DNA from: Chiloscyllium plagiosum
Taxonomy: Eukaryota
Length of the DNA: 20,000 nucleotides
Reading direction: 5' to 3'
Assembly (NCBI RefSeq): GCF_004010195.1
Contig: NC_057752.1
Coordinates: 12,204,517 to 12,224,516, forward strand
Under the pieces are notes generated by a model. It was not told the DNA's origin, made no database searches, and saw nothing but the letters and a program-made list of their open reading frames with translations. How positions within the stretch are numbered: position 1 is the stretch's first letter; every line of letters begins with the position of its first letter. A program made the position numbers and the translations under genes. Of the stretch, positions 9,559 to 18,303 are shown in pieces.

Positions 9559-11214
9559 CTGACTGTTCCATTAGGGGTACCACCTGGTAATGGAAAGCAG
9601 TCATGACACTGAATTTTCTGAACATGCTACCGGTCACAGCTAACATTTTAGACTCTGGACACAAAGATCCCATCCTTCCTAAAGTAAAATAATTGGTATT
9701 AATTGGGGAAGCAAAAGGGTCGTCGCAGCTCGAATTAAAGCCTTTTTGGACCTGAAGGGACCAGCTCACGATAGAGGATGGCATATTGTTATGGGGAGTA
9801 AGGCCATTGTCAAATACTGGCTGAACTCCACTGGGGCCATCCAGAGATCTCAAAAATGAAGATGTTGGCAAGGAGTTATGTCTGATCACCAGCCTTGGAT
9901 GCTGACATAGTGGCATTGGTGTAACAGTGCCCAGAGTGTCAACAAGGACAATAGTTACTGCCATCAGCTTCCCTGCATCCCTGGGAATGGCTGGGTAAAC
10001 CTTAGACTCAGTTGCATGTCGACTATGCAGGTCTTTTCATGGGTTCAATGTTCTTAGTCATTGTAGGTGCCTACTCAAAGTGGTTGGACATGTATAGGGT
10101 CCATGCATCAAACACTGCAGCAACGAGAGGAAGTCACATGCATCTTTTGCAACAGACGGAGTCCCAGAGATATTGGTCACAGATAACTAAATAGGTATTG
10201 GCCATCGTTTACCAGCAGGGACTTTAATTACTTCTTAAAAGTCAAATGAGATTTGACATATTAGACAGTTCCATATCACTCATCATCCAATGACCTAGCA
10301 GAAAGCACAGTCCAAACTTTGAAGGTTGAACTGAAGAAACAACCTATAGCCTCAACAGATACCAAGTTGTCATGGTTCTTGTTTGATTATGGAACCACCC
10401 CACATGCAATGACAGGGATAGCAGTGGCAGAGCTGCTAATGGGTAGAAGACTCCACCCTAGGTTAAGTCTGATCTTCCTGGACCTGAGGGTGGTGAAGCG
10501 GCATCAGAAACGTCAATGCCAGGCACAAGACTCCACCAAGTGAGACAAGTTGTTACAGGGGACAAAGTTTAGTGCAGGAATCATGTAAATGGGTAAGAAG
10601 CATGATCAACATGAGATCTGGAGCAGTGACTTCTGATGGTTACATAGATGTGACTGCCCCGATGTGGACCATTTGAAATCTGGAGGAAAACCTGCCCTGT
10701 CCCTTGAAGCCTTCAGAAATACTTCAGTGAAACATTGATTCATCGTCTCCATCAAACGTTGAATTAGAGATGGACATGACAAAAGTAGCCACCTTGATGC
10801 TTCTGCCTCCGGAAGAAGGAAGTGAAAGTCTATTGAGACATTCCAGGTGCAAGAGGTGAACTGCCATTTGTTACCCGCCATGTTGGATTCCGATTTGGAG
10901 GAACCTGACCCGGTGGTAAAACAGCCTAGGAGCCTCTCAAAGGAATCGGATTGTCCGGTATCCGTGGACTCAGAGAGAAAGGGACGTAGGGACTGTAATG
11001 AGATCAGCCAGCTGGACCTTAGAGAATCAGAGTTCCCTGATTGGGACTGTTAATCTGATGCAATCAGGGAGACCTGGCTGACACAAAAGGATAAATGTCA
11101 GGGCTATTGAACCGGAATGCCTGACTCAAGAGAGGCAGTGCTATTGTCAATGGCTATACACTTGTGAAGAAAGGTTGACTGGTGAATAATGCCAGCCTCA
11201 GAAGTGTTATATCA
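9559..11214 (+). mobile_element. Ty3/Gypsy LTR-retrotransposon remnant: integrase pseudogene, PPT and 3' LTR
   Basis: Zn finger ELHWGHP..MKMLARSYV...QCPECQ. Core LHPWEW...LHVDYAG..FLVIVGAYSKW, VPEILVTDN, PYHSSSNDLAE, FLFDYGTTPHAMTG..ELLMGRRL. Many stops and frameshifts. Confidence 0.9.
10985..11214 (+). repeat. Gypsy 3' LTR (~230 bp)
   Basis: Purine tract AGAGAGAAAGGGA (10972-10984) followed by CGTAGG (TG start mutated; alternative start TGT at 10994). Ends ...GTTATATCA. Confidence 0.55.
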
Positions 11215-11756
11215 CACAACTTCCAGCAACTGATGAAGGGAAACAAATAGGCCCTCTTCAGGCTTGAAATGCTATCATATAGAGCAAAACACAGTTTTTT
11301 TCCCTTACACAAGTCTGATGGCATCTCCTCTGATGACATTCACACCTCCGAACACTTCAGCTACGTAGGAGCCAATCACACAGTTGTTGGCTAGCAGGAG
11401 GCCTTTATCGTCGATAGTCTGTGGGCTACTTGTTGCTGACCTAATCTCTGTCAGACATACCCTTTGGCTCCATCATATCAGTAACTAGACCTTCCCCACT
11501 GCTTGAATCAACAGCTGTGTAAACAGCACCTACAATGAGGGTCAGGTGAACTTGCTTCTGAAAAATGCAGCAATCCTTCAACAATCCTTGGCTTTTAAAC
11601 TAGTCCTTTGCCTATTTCCAACTTCAATCAAAAACACAAAAAAAAACAAGATATGGTCCTTGTACTATACTTTTATTTATTCTTTCAAGGGATGTAGGCA
11701 TCATTGAAATAATATATTGGCCCTCTCCAACTGCCTTTGAGAACTGCTGCAATCCA

Positions 11757-11960
11757 TATGAACATACAAAAGGAAGAAGAGTAGGCCATTTGAGAATCCC
11801 AAGCCACTTAAGAGGATCATACTGTTTGGTTTACATCTACCCCTGATAATCGTAGATTCTTGTTTGGCAAAGGAATCAATCTATCTCTGCCTTAAAAGTA
11901 TTCAATGACCCTATTACCACTGCCTTGTAAAACAGGGAGTTCAAAAATCACATGACCCTC
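11757..11960 (-). mobile_element. Old CR1 3' fragment
   Basis: AAGAGTAGGCCATT tail motif, plus TCTATCTCTGCCTTAAAAGTATTCAATGAC (minus strand SLNTFKAEID). Confidence 0.6.
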
Positions 11961-11979
11961 CTTTGGTGTCAGTATGTAC

Positions 11980-12050
11980 CATATATCTATATAGCAATAT
12001 ATATTATAATATATCAATAATATTAGATATATATAATATAGATATAGTAA
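11980..12050. repeat. Degenerate (TA)n low-complexity tract
   Basis: Almost entirely A/T with TATA iterations. Confidence 0.7.
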
Positions 12051-12103
12051 TGTAGCTTCACCTCAAGGTGATGCGAGGCTTGGAGAGGAACTTGCAGGCA
12101 CTG

Positions 12104-12648
12104 GTCATAGTCATAGAGTCATGGAGATGTACAGCACGGAAACAGACCCTTCGGTCCAACCCGTCCATGCCGACCAGATATCCCAACCCAATCTAGTCCC
12201 ACCTGCCAGCACCCGGCCCATATCCCTCCAAACTCTTCCTATTCATATACCCATCCAAATGCCTCTTAAATGTTGCAATTGTACCAGTCTNNNNNNNNNN
12301 NNNNNNNNNNNNNNNNNNNNNNNNNNNNNNNNNNNNNNNNNNNNNNNNNNNNNNNNNNNNNNNNNNNNNNNNNNNNNNNNNNNNNNNNNNNNNNNNNNNN
12401 NNNNNNNNNNNNNNNNNNNNNNNNNNNNNNNNNNNNNNNNNNNNNNNNNNNNNNNNNNNNNNNNNNNNNNNNNNNNNNNNNNNNNNNNNNNNNNNNNNNN
12501 NNNNNNNNNNNNNNNNNNNNNNNNNNNNNNNNNNNNNNNNNNNNNNNNNNNNNNNNNNNNNNNNNNNNNNNGAGCTATGAACCTGCACTCCAAGGTCTCT
12601 TTGTTCAGCAACACTCCCTAGGACCTTACCATTAAGTGTATAAGTCCT
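12104..12648 (-). mobile_element. 5'-truncated CR1 LINE spanning an assembly gap
   Basis: Tail GTCATAGTCATAGAGTCATGG. Minus frames read GTIATFKRHLDGYMNRK (C-terminus) and RTYTLNGKVLGSVAEQRDLGVQVHS. Ns at 12291-12571. Confidence 0.9.
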
Positions 12649-12914
12649 TTCCCACGTGTCTGCTGCTCTTGTCCTTTTAAGGGATAGAGATTGTGGGTTT
12701 GGAAAGAGCTGTTAAAACAGCCTTGTTGAGTTACTGCAATGAATGTTATAGATGCTACACACTGCTGGCATTGTGTGCTAGTGGTGTACACAGTGAGCAT
12801 TGGAAGGTGGTGGACATGGTGCTGATGAAGCAGCCAGCTTTTTTCCTGGATGGTGTTGAGCTTCTTAAGTGTTGTTGGAGCTGCACTCATCTAGCAAGTG
12901 GAGGCAAGGGGGTG

Positions 12915-13925
12915 GGGGACAGAATCTCATTAGAAACCTATAAAATTATAACAGGACCAGACAGGTTAGATGTCAGAAGGATGTTCCCGCTGGTCCAGCA
13001 CCAGGTCATAATTTAAGGCTAAGGAGTTGTTGGCCGGGGGCTGCTCACACATAAAAACAGCAAGCTTGTAAACTGAAGTTACCTGAGCTCCAGCCACTGG
13101 TTTGAACCAGTTGAGCCCTGATGATGACATAAGGTGCAAGTCCTTATTTGGAGGAAGAATAATGAAGTAATCCTAAGGGTGTCCTTGGAGTGAGCCTGTA
13201 GTGGGAAGACACCAGCGCTCAGATGAGCTGAGAGCCAAAAAGAACAAGACACCACAATTCAGGAAGATAAGGAAAAAGGATAGGAATCAAAGATTTCAGT
13301 GTGCCATCAGCAAGAACTTTGGAGAGCAATCTTTGTGAAGTGGAACCCCATACTTGAAAGTGTGGAGAAGACACCCCAGACCTGGGAGAAGTGCCCAGCC
13401 AGCGTAATCTTCTATTGTTGGGTAACAGCTTTTATTTTGCTGACTGCTCAGAGAGAGCATCTTTCAAAAGCTAATGGGATTCAGGTTTAAATTTTAGCCT
13501 TGTTTGAATTGCATACTTGCTCTTAACCTTCTTCGAACCAAACGGTGTGAGTTGTATGTCTGTTTTAACTTAACTAACAAAGGTAGTCATTAGTAAATAT
13601 GAATTTGACTCTTTTCCTCTTTGTACTGAGCTAATAATTGCTGTTTAGGGAGTTAACAGGCAACAGGGTAAACCTTTTGGGACTGAGATGCGGAGAAATG
13701 TCTTCACCCAGAGCATAGTGAGCCTGAATTCACTGCCACACAAAGTGGTTGAGGCCAAAACAAGGTGTTTGCAGGGAGGGAGTAGATTTAGTTCTTATGG
13801 CTAAACGGATCAAGGGATTGGGGGGGAGGGGAGAAGAGGTAGGATAAAAAAAGGTACTGAGCTCAATGATCAGCCATGAACTCGAGGGGTTGAATGGCCT
13901 ACTCCCGCTTCTATGTTCCCACTTC
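12915..13925 (+). mobile_element. CR1 3' fragment split by a solo LTR
   Basis: LETYKIITGPDRLDVRRMFP up to 13027. Resumes at 13666 with GKPFGTEMRRNVFTQS. 3' UTR GAATGGCCTACTCC near 13895. Confidence 0.8.
13028..13665. mobile_element. Solo LTR (638 bp)
   Basis: TGTTG (13028-13032)...CAACA (13661-13665) inverted termini. Flanks GAGT/GGGT (4-bp TSD, one mismatch). Cleanly interrupts CR1 homology. Confidence 0.75.
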
Positions 13926-14539
13926 TCTTAATTTATCTGTATAGTGATTGTATCTTTCACAATTAAGTGACGACATTTATGACAATTTGGGAGCAGAGAA
14001 ACAAAATTAGTTAGACTTTAATGATTCCTGTCCCAGTAAATATGGAGGCATTGAGAAACACAAAATTAAGGAGGACAGTTATTATGTGATAAGCTGACAA
14101 AAACTTCAATTTTTAAGTGTGAACATTGAAACCTATAATGGAGAAAAGATCAACAATGATATGTGCATTCAGACATCTGATTGTATCATAAAACCTATAC
14201 GCTCCAGTGTATGGCATTGTTCTGAAGTCAGATTTCACAAGGACAGTATAGAAAAGAAAGTTTCTGCTGCTGGAGGTGGATGGGTATCACCTTTTTACCC
14301 AAAATTCTAACTATTACACACTATGTAATTCCTTGGTGCAAAAAAATCCAAACAGGTCAAACTCAATTTCTCTGAAGTCTGCAAACTGGATTCCAAAATG
14401 AAATGCCTGGTTTACCTTCTGCGTGAAATTGCTTGAGTTATTCTTTCATCAAAAGCCAGAGGCATTGCATTCCTACATGACAACCAAACCTCCAGTTTGT
14501 TGAATTTGTTCACACCACTCCTAAATCCAAAAAAAGAGC

Positions 14540-14747
14540 ACTTTTATCGCATTATTCATGGCCACCAAATGCCTCAAAGCACTTCACAGTCAATGCAATA
14601 ACACTTAATATTCTCTGCTGTAATTCAGGAAATACATCAACTAATTTTGCACACAGCAAACTCTCACAGATAACTATGTGATCATGACCTGAAAATCTGC
14701 TCTTTGTGGCGTTAGTTGAGCAATAAAATTTGGTCTGGACACCAGGT
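14540..14747 (-). mobile_element. DeuSINE-type (AmnSINE1/SacSINE1-like) fragment
   Basis: CAAAGCACTTCACAGTCAATG...TTTGCACACAGCAAACTCTCACA...TGACCTGAAAATCTG...TTGGTCTGGACACC resembles the reverse complement of the Deu domain and tail as I recall it. Confidence 0.6.
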
Positions 14748-15234
14748 TTAACCCCTTTTCCATCAACAGTATTGTATTCGCAGAAAAACTTACTACAAGC
14801 CGACAAACTTCTGTAACTATTGTCACGTGTACTCAAGTTTAGGAATACAGGAGTACAGTGAAAAGTGTACAAAATCACCATTCTCCGTCACCATCTTGGT
14901 TACAAAAAACAGAACTTAAAAAAACCCAGCAGAAATAAAAGAAACAGAGCCAAAAAGGAAAGAAAAATGTCCAGATATTAAAGTCCCAACTCAACAAAGG
15001 TTTATGGAGTGCTCAGCTTCCTATGCAGGTACCCAGGCCTAACTGTAGCCTGTAGCCCTTTACTGACTTAGATCACCAGAAGCTTTGCCAGCGCTGCCGC
15101 CACCGATCGCAGGGAGGATCACAGGGATGTGTGTCACATTTATTTTGACGTCTCCACCTTCAGTACTAGATCTTCTGAATGCCCTTTTCCCCTCATTCAT
15201 GGCATGAGGTCTACAGTCAACAATAATGCCCTTA

Positions 15235-15884
15235 ACCTTGCAATTTGCTTACCAGCGCAACAGCTCTCTAGCCTTACACTCATCCCTGTAACATCTGGAT
15301 ATTAAGGATACCAGTGTCTGGCTTCTAATTATTGACAAGCAACACCAAAACACTATAATCCCAACCAAACTAATCTCCAAATTCCAAGACCCTGGTCTCT
15401 GATCCACCCTTTGCACCTGGATCCTCGACTTCCTGACCCACAGACTGCAAATCAATGAAGATAGACGATAGTACCTCTTCCATGATAATCTTGAATACTG
15501 GTACCCCACAAGGATGTGTACTCAGTCCCCTACTGGACTCTCTGTACACTCATGACTGTGCGGCCAAATTTCATCTGAACGTCATTTACAGGTTTGCTGG
15601 CGACACCGCCATTGTAGGCTGGATATGAAACAATGATGAGTCAGAGTACAGGAAAGAGATAGAGTCCTTGGTGGCATGGTATAAAGGTAACAATCTCTCC
15701 CTCAACGTGAACAAACCTAAAGAGCTGATCATCGACTTTAGGAAGTAAGGAGGAGGACGCGCCATTATCTACATCAATGGAGCTGAAGTGGAGATGGTAG
15801 AGAGCATCAAGTTCCTAGGAGTAATGATCACCAACAATCTGCCCTGGACCACCCACGTTAATGCAATGGTCAAGAAGGCACAAC
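15235..15884 (+). mobile_element. Rex1/Babar-clade LINE reverse transcriptase pseudogene
   Basis: LQFAYQ, NTIIPTKL, LCTWILDFLT, LNTGTPQGCVLSPLL.SLYTHDC, YRFAGDTAIVG (FADD decayed), NNLSLNVNK.KELIIDFRK, KFLGV, VKKAQ. Truncated by the L1 at 15885. Confidence 0.9.
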
Positions 15885-15893
15885 GGGGGGATC

Positions 15894-15905
15894 CAAGATG
15901 GCGGC
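15894..15905 (+). promoter_or_regulatory. YY1-consensus site at the L1 5' end (internal promoter)
   Basis: CAAGATGGCGGC matches the YY1 consensus, ~10 nt from the G-run terminus, as in human L1. Confidence 0.6.
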
Positions 15906-16552
15906 GACCCAGCAAGTCTGAGTCTATAGTGCTCCTCCCAAGACTTGGGCAAAGTGGGTCACCCACCCCTACCACACTCACCAAATCATTTAAAATAGTT
16001 TTTACTTAATGTAATTAGTTGTTTAGTATTGAATTTAAAGAATTTAATCTCCAGTAAAAATGACTAAAAGGAAGGGAGCTCTCAGCAGGCAGGAACTCCT
16101 CCCCAACCCTCTCCGGCTGCAGCAGAGGCGTCCACAGCCGCCCCGGGGGACTTACCTACGGTGGCGAGCCTCGTGGAAATAATCTCTAAACTCGATGTGA
16201 AGATTGACACTTTTATTGAAGAATCCCGAAGCCGATGGGACTCACTCTCAGCCACGCTGCAAAAGCACGTCTGAGACTTCAAGGAAATCGAGCGCCAAGT
16301 CGGAGGGGCAGAGCTAAAGACCGCGACCTCCGAAACTACAGCACAATCGGCTGTGGATCGGGTCCGACTCTCGAACAGCGAGTCCGGACCTTAGGGAATT
16401 ACATTGACGACCTTGAGGTCGTCGAAAAAGTATTTGTTTGCTGGGCCTTCCCGAACGGGAAGAGGAAGGCCATCTTACAGCGTTCCTTGAACAGTGGTTT
16501 CCACAGCTTTTAAATCTGGAGGCTGGATCAGGCCAGGTAAGGGTAGAATGGG

Positions 16553-16794
16553 AGAAAGTGAGGACTACAGATGCTGGAGATCAGAGCTGAAAATGTGTTG
16601 CTGGAAAAGCGCAGCAGGTCAGGCAGCATCCAAGGAGCAGGAGAATCGACGTTTTAGGCATAAGCCCTTCTTCAGGAATCATTCATTCAGGAATTCTTCA
16701 TTCCTGAAGAAGGGCTCATGCCCGAAACGTTGATTCTCCTGCTCCTTGGATGCTGCCTGACCTGCTGTGTTTTTCCAGCAACACATTTTCAGCT
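16553..16794. mobile_element. Fold-back PLE-terminus mini-element 2 with 15-bp TSD and hammerhead motifs on both strands
   Basis: TAAGGGTAGAATGGG occurs at 16538-16552 and 16794-16808. 95-nt inverted arms 16585-16679 and 16700-16794 (6 mismatches). Removing the insert and one TSD copy restores ORF1 (..EAGSGQVRVEWACRV..). Confidence 0.92.
16700..16735 (+). ncRNA. Minimal type I hammerhead ribozyme motif
   Basis: CTGAAGA (16704-16710)-A-GGGC-TCAT-GCCC-GAAA-C-GTT. Mirror copy on the minus strand at ~16644-16679 reads CTGAAGAAGGGCTTATGCCTAAAACGTC. Confidence 0.7.
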
Positions 16795-17177
16795 AAGGGT
16801 AGAATGGGCCTGCCGGGTTGCAATACACGGGCCCGGCTCAAACCAGCGCCCCCGCCCGGTCCTGTTCCGGCTGCAGAGCTACAAGGAGAGCCAGATACTC
16901 TTAGAAGCCTCCAGAAATCTTGGAAAAGATCCCCAAGCCATGATCCATAAAGGATCCAAGATCATGTTATTCCAGGTCTTTTCCCCAGCTCTGGTCCGAA
17001 AGAGGAAGGCATTTGATGAGGCGAAGAAGTGTTTAAGGAACTTAAATATTCAGTACTCCTTGCACTACCCAGCGATGCTACGCTTTAACCATGAAGGGTC
17101 TGTGTGTAACTTCGGATCGCCAGAAAAGGCCAAGGAATTTTTGGACTCTCTTAGATAAATTGTAAGAGATAATTGAT

Positions 17178-17768
17178 GTTGTTGTTGTTCTGTTCGCCGA
17201 GCTGGGAATTTGTGTTGCAGACGTTTCGTCCCCTGTCTAGGTGACATCCTCAGTGCTTGGGAGCCTCCTGTGAAGCGCTTCTGTGATCTTTCCTCCGGCA
17301 TTTGTAGTGGTTTGAATCTGCCGCTTCCGGTTGTCAGTTCCAGCTGTCCATTGCAGTGGTCGGTATAGGGTCTAGGTCGATGTGCTTATTGATTGAATCT
17401 GTGGATGAGTGCCATGCCTCTAGGAATTCCCTGGCTGTTCTCTGTTTGGCTTGTCCTATAATAGTAGTGTTGTCCCGGTTGAATTCATGTTGGTTGTCAT
17501 CTGTGTGTGTGGCTACTAAGGATAGCTGGTCGTGTCGTTTAGTGGCTAGTTGGTGTTCACGGATGCGGATCGTTAGCTGTCTTCCAGTTTGTCCTATGTA
17601 GTGTTTTGTGCAGTCCTTGCATGGGATTTTGTACACTACATTGGTTTTGCTCATGCTGAGTATCGGGTCCTTCGTTCTGGTGAGTTGTTGTCTGAGAGTG
17701 GCTGTTGGTTTGTGTGCTGTTATGAGTCCTAGTGGTCGCAGTAGTCTGGCTGTCAGTTCAGAAATGCT
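17178..17768 (-). mobile_element. 5'-truncated Penelope (Poseidon-type) element: linker, GIY-YIG endonuclease and 3' pLTR
   Basis: Frame open from ~17768: ISELTARLLRPLG...HKP..TLRQQL...KD, then NVVYKIPCKDCTKHYIGQTGR...RIREH...REFLEAWHS...IN. Hammerhead and AAC-repeat terminus downstream. Inserted in the L1 inter-ORF spacer. Confidence 0.93.
17217..17256 (-). ncRNA. Minimal type I hammerhead ribozyme, catalytic core intact
   Basis: Minus strand: GCA-CTGAGGA-T-GTCACCT-AGAC-AGGGGAC-GAAA-C-GTC-TGC. Stem I GCA/TGC, stem II GTC.CCT/AGG.GAC, palindromic ACGT stem III, GUC cleavage triplet. Confidence 0.85.
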
Positions 17769-18303
17769 CCATACATCCCCCCCCCCCTTATAGAAATATA
17801 TATATATATATAGGCCGAGGGGTCTAGTTAATGTTGGTGGGGGGAGGTGGTTACCTTATTCTATTTTACCTCTGTCTCTAAGAGCGGGGTTGTTTTCCCT
17901 TGTTATTTTGTATTATTATATTTAACTATTACTTGTTGAGGTTGTAATTTTAGAGTTATATATGTTTATACATGGTATTAATATTACCAAATATATCCAG
18001 GTGTTGGTGTGGGTGAGGGGATGGGGGTAGGGTGCTCACTGTTAACTCTAGCTCTGTAGTATATTTGAATTTTTTTCATCCTATTGAGGAGTGCCTGGGT
18101 CAAGGGTGGGGCACTGGTTGGGAGAGGATACGATGGACCTTGGGAACAAGGGGGAAACTCTCCATTTAAATATGTTTTATATTTTTTTTATTTAGAAATA
18201 GTATTTTATTATACTGTTGTGAGTGTATGAGAGAGCCTTTATTTTTGTGAATTTTATATGCTCTATGCTCAGGATGTTCTGGATGGGGTTTCCCCTCACG
18301 ATT

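Larger units (their letters stand above)
11670..12905 (-). mobile_element. Host CR1/L2-type LINE copy 2 (3' part), interrupted by two CR1 insertions
   Basis: ORF 12618..12890 begins MSAAPTTLKKLNTIQEK (cf. copy 1 KLDTIQDK). Colinear with 325-1330. Confidence 0.75.
16060..17158 (+). pseudogene. L1 ORF1p (coiled coil, RRM, CTD), disrupted
   Basis: ATG at 16060. Heptad region LVEIISKLDVKIDTFIEE...LEQRVRTLGNYIDDLE, then GRRKSICLLGLPE, VRVEWACRV, RPRPVLFRL, RKRKAF, YSLHYPAMLR, F.SPEKAKEFL. Frameshifts, a stop and an insertion at 16553-16794. Confidence 0.9.

Noticed and set aside
11228..11250. CTGATGAAGGGAAAC, hammerhead-like core
   Set aside because: No room for stem II between CUGAUGA and GAAA, and no NUH or stem I. 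Likely chance.
12121..12635. Long ORFs spanning N runs (also 18223-18769)
   Set aside because: Artefacts of assembly gaps. Both gaps also look shorter than the CR1/L1 coding sequence expected to be missing, so their sizes are unreliable.
16718..17158. 146-aa ORF with a signal-peptide-like N-terminus (MPETLILLLLGCCLTCCVF)
   Set aside because: Accidental in-frame fusion of the fold-back arm to the C-terminal half of L1 ORF1. No evidence of function.
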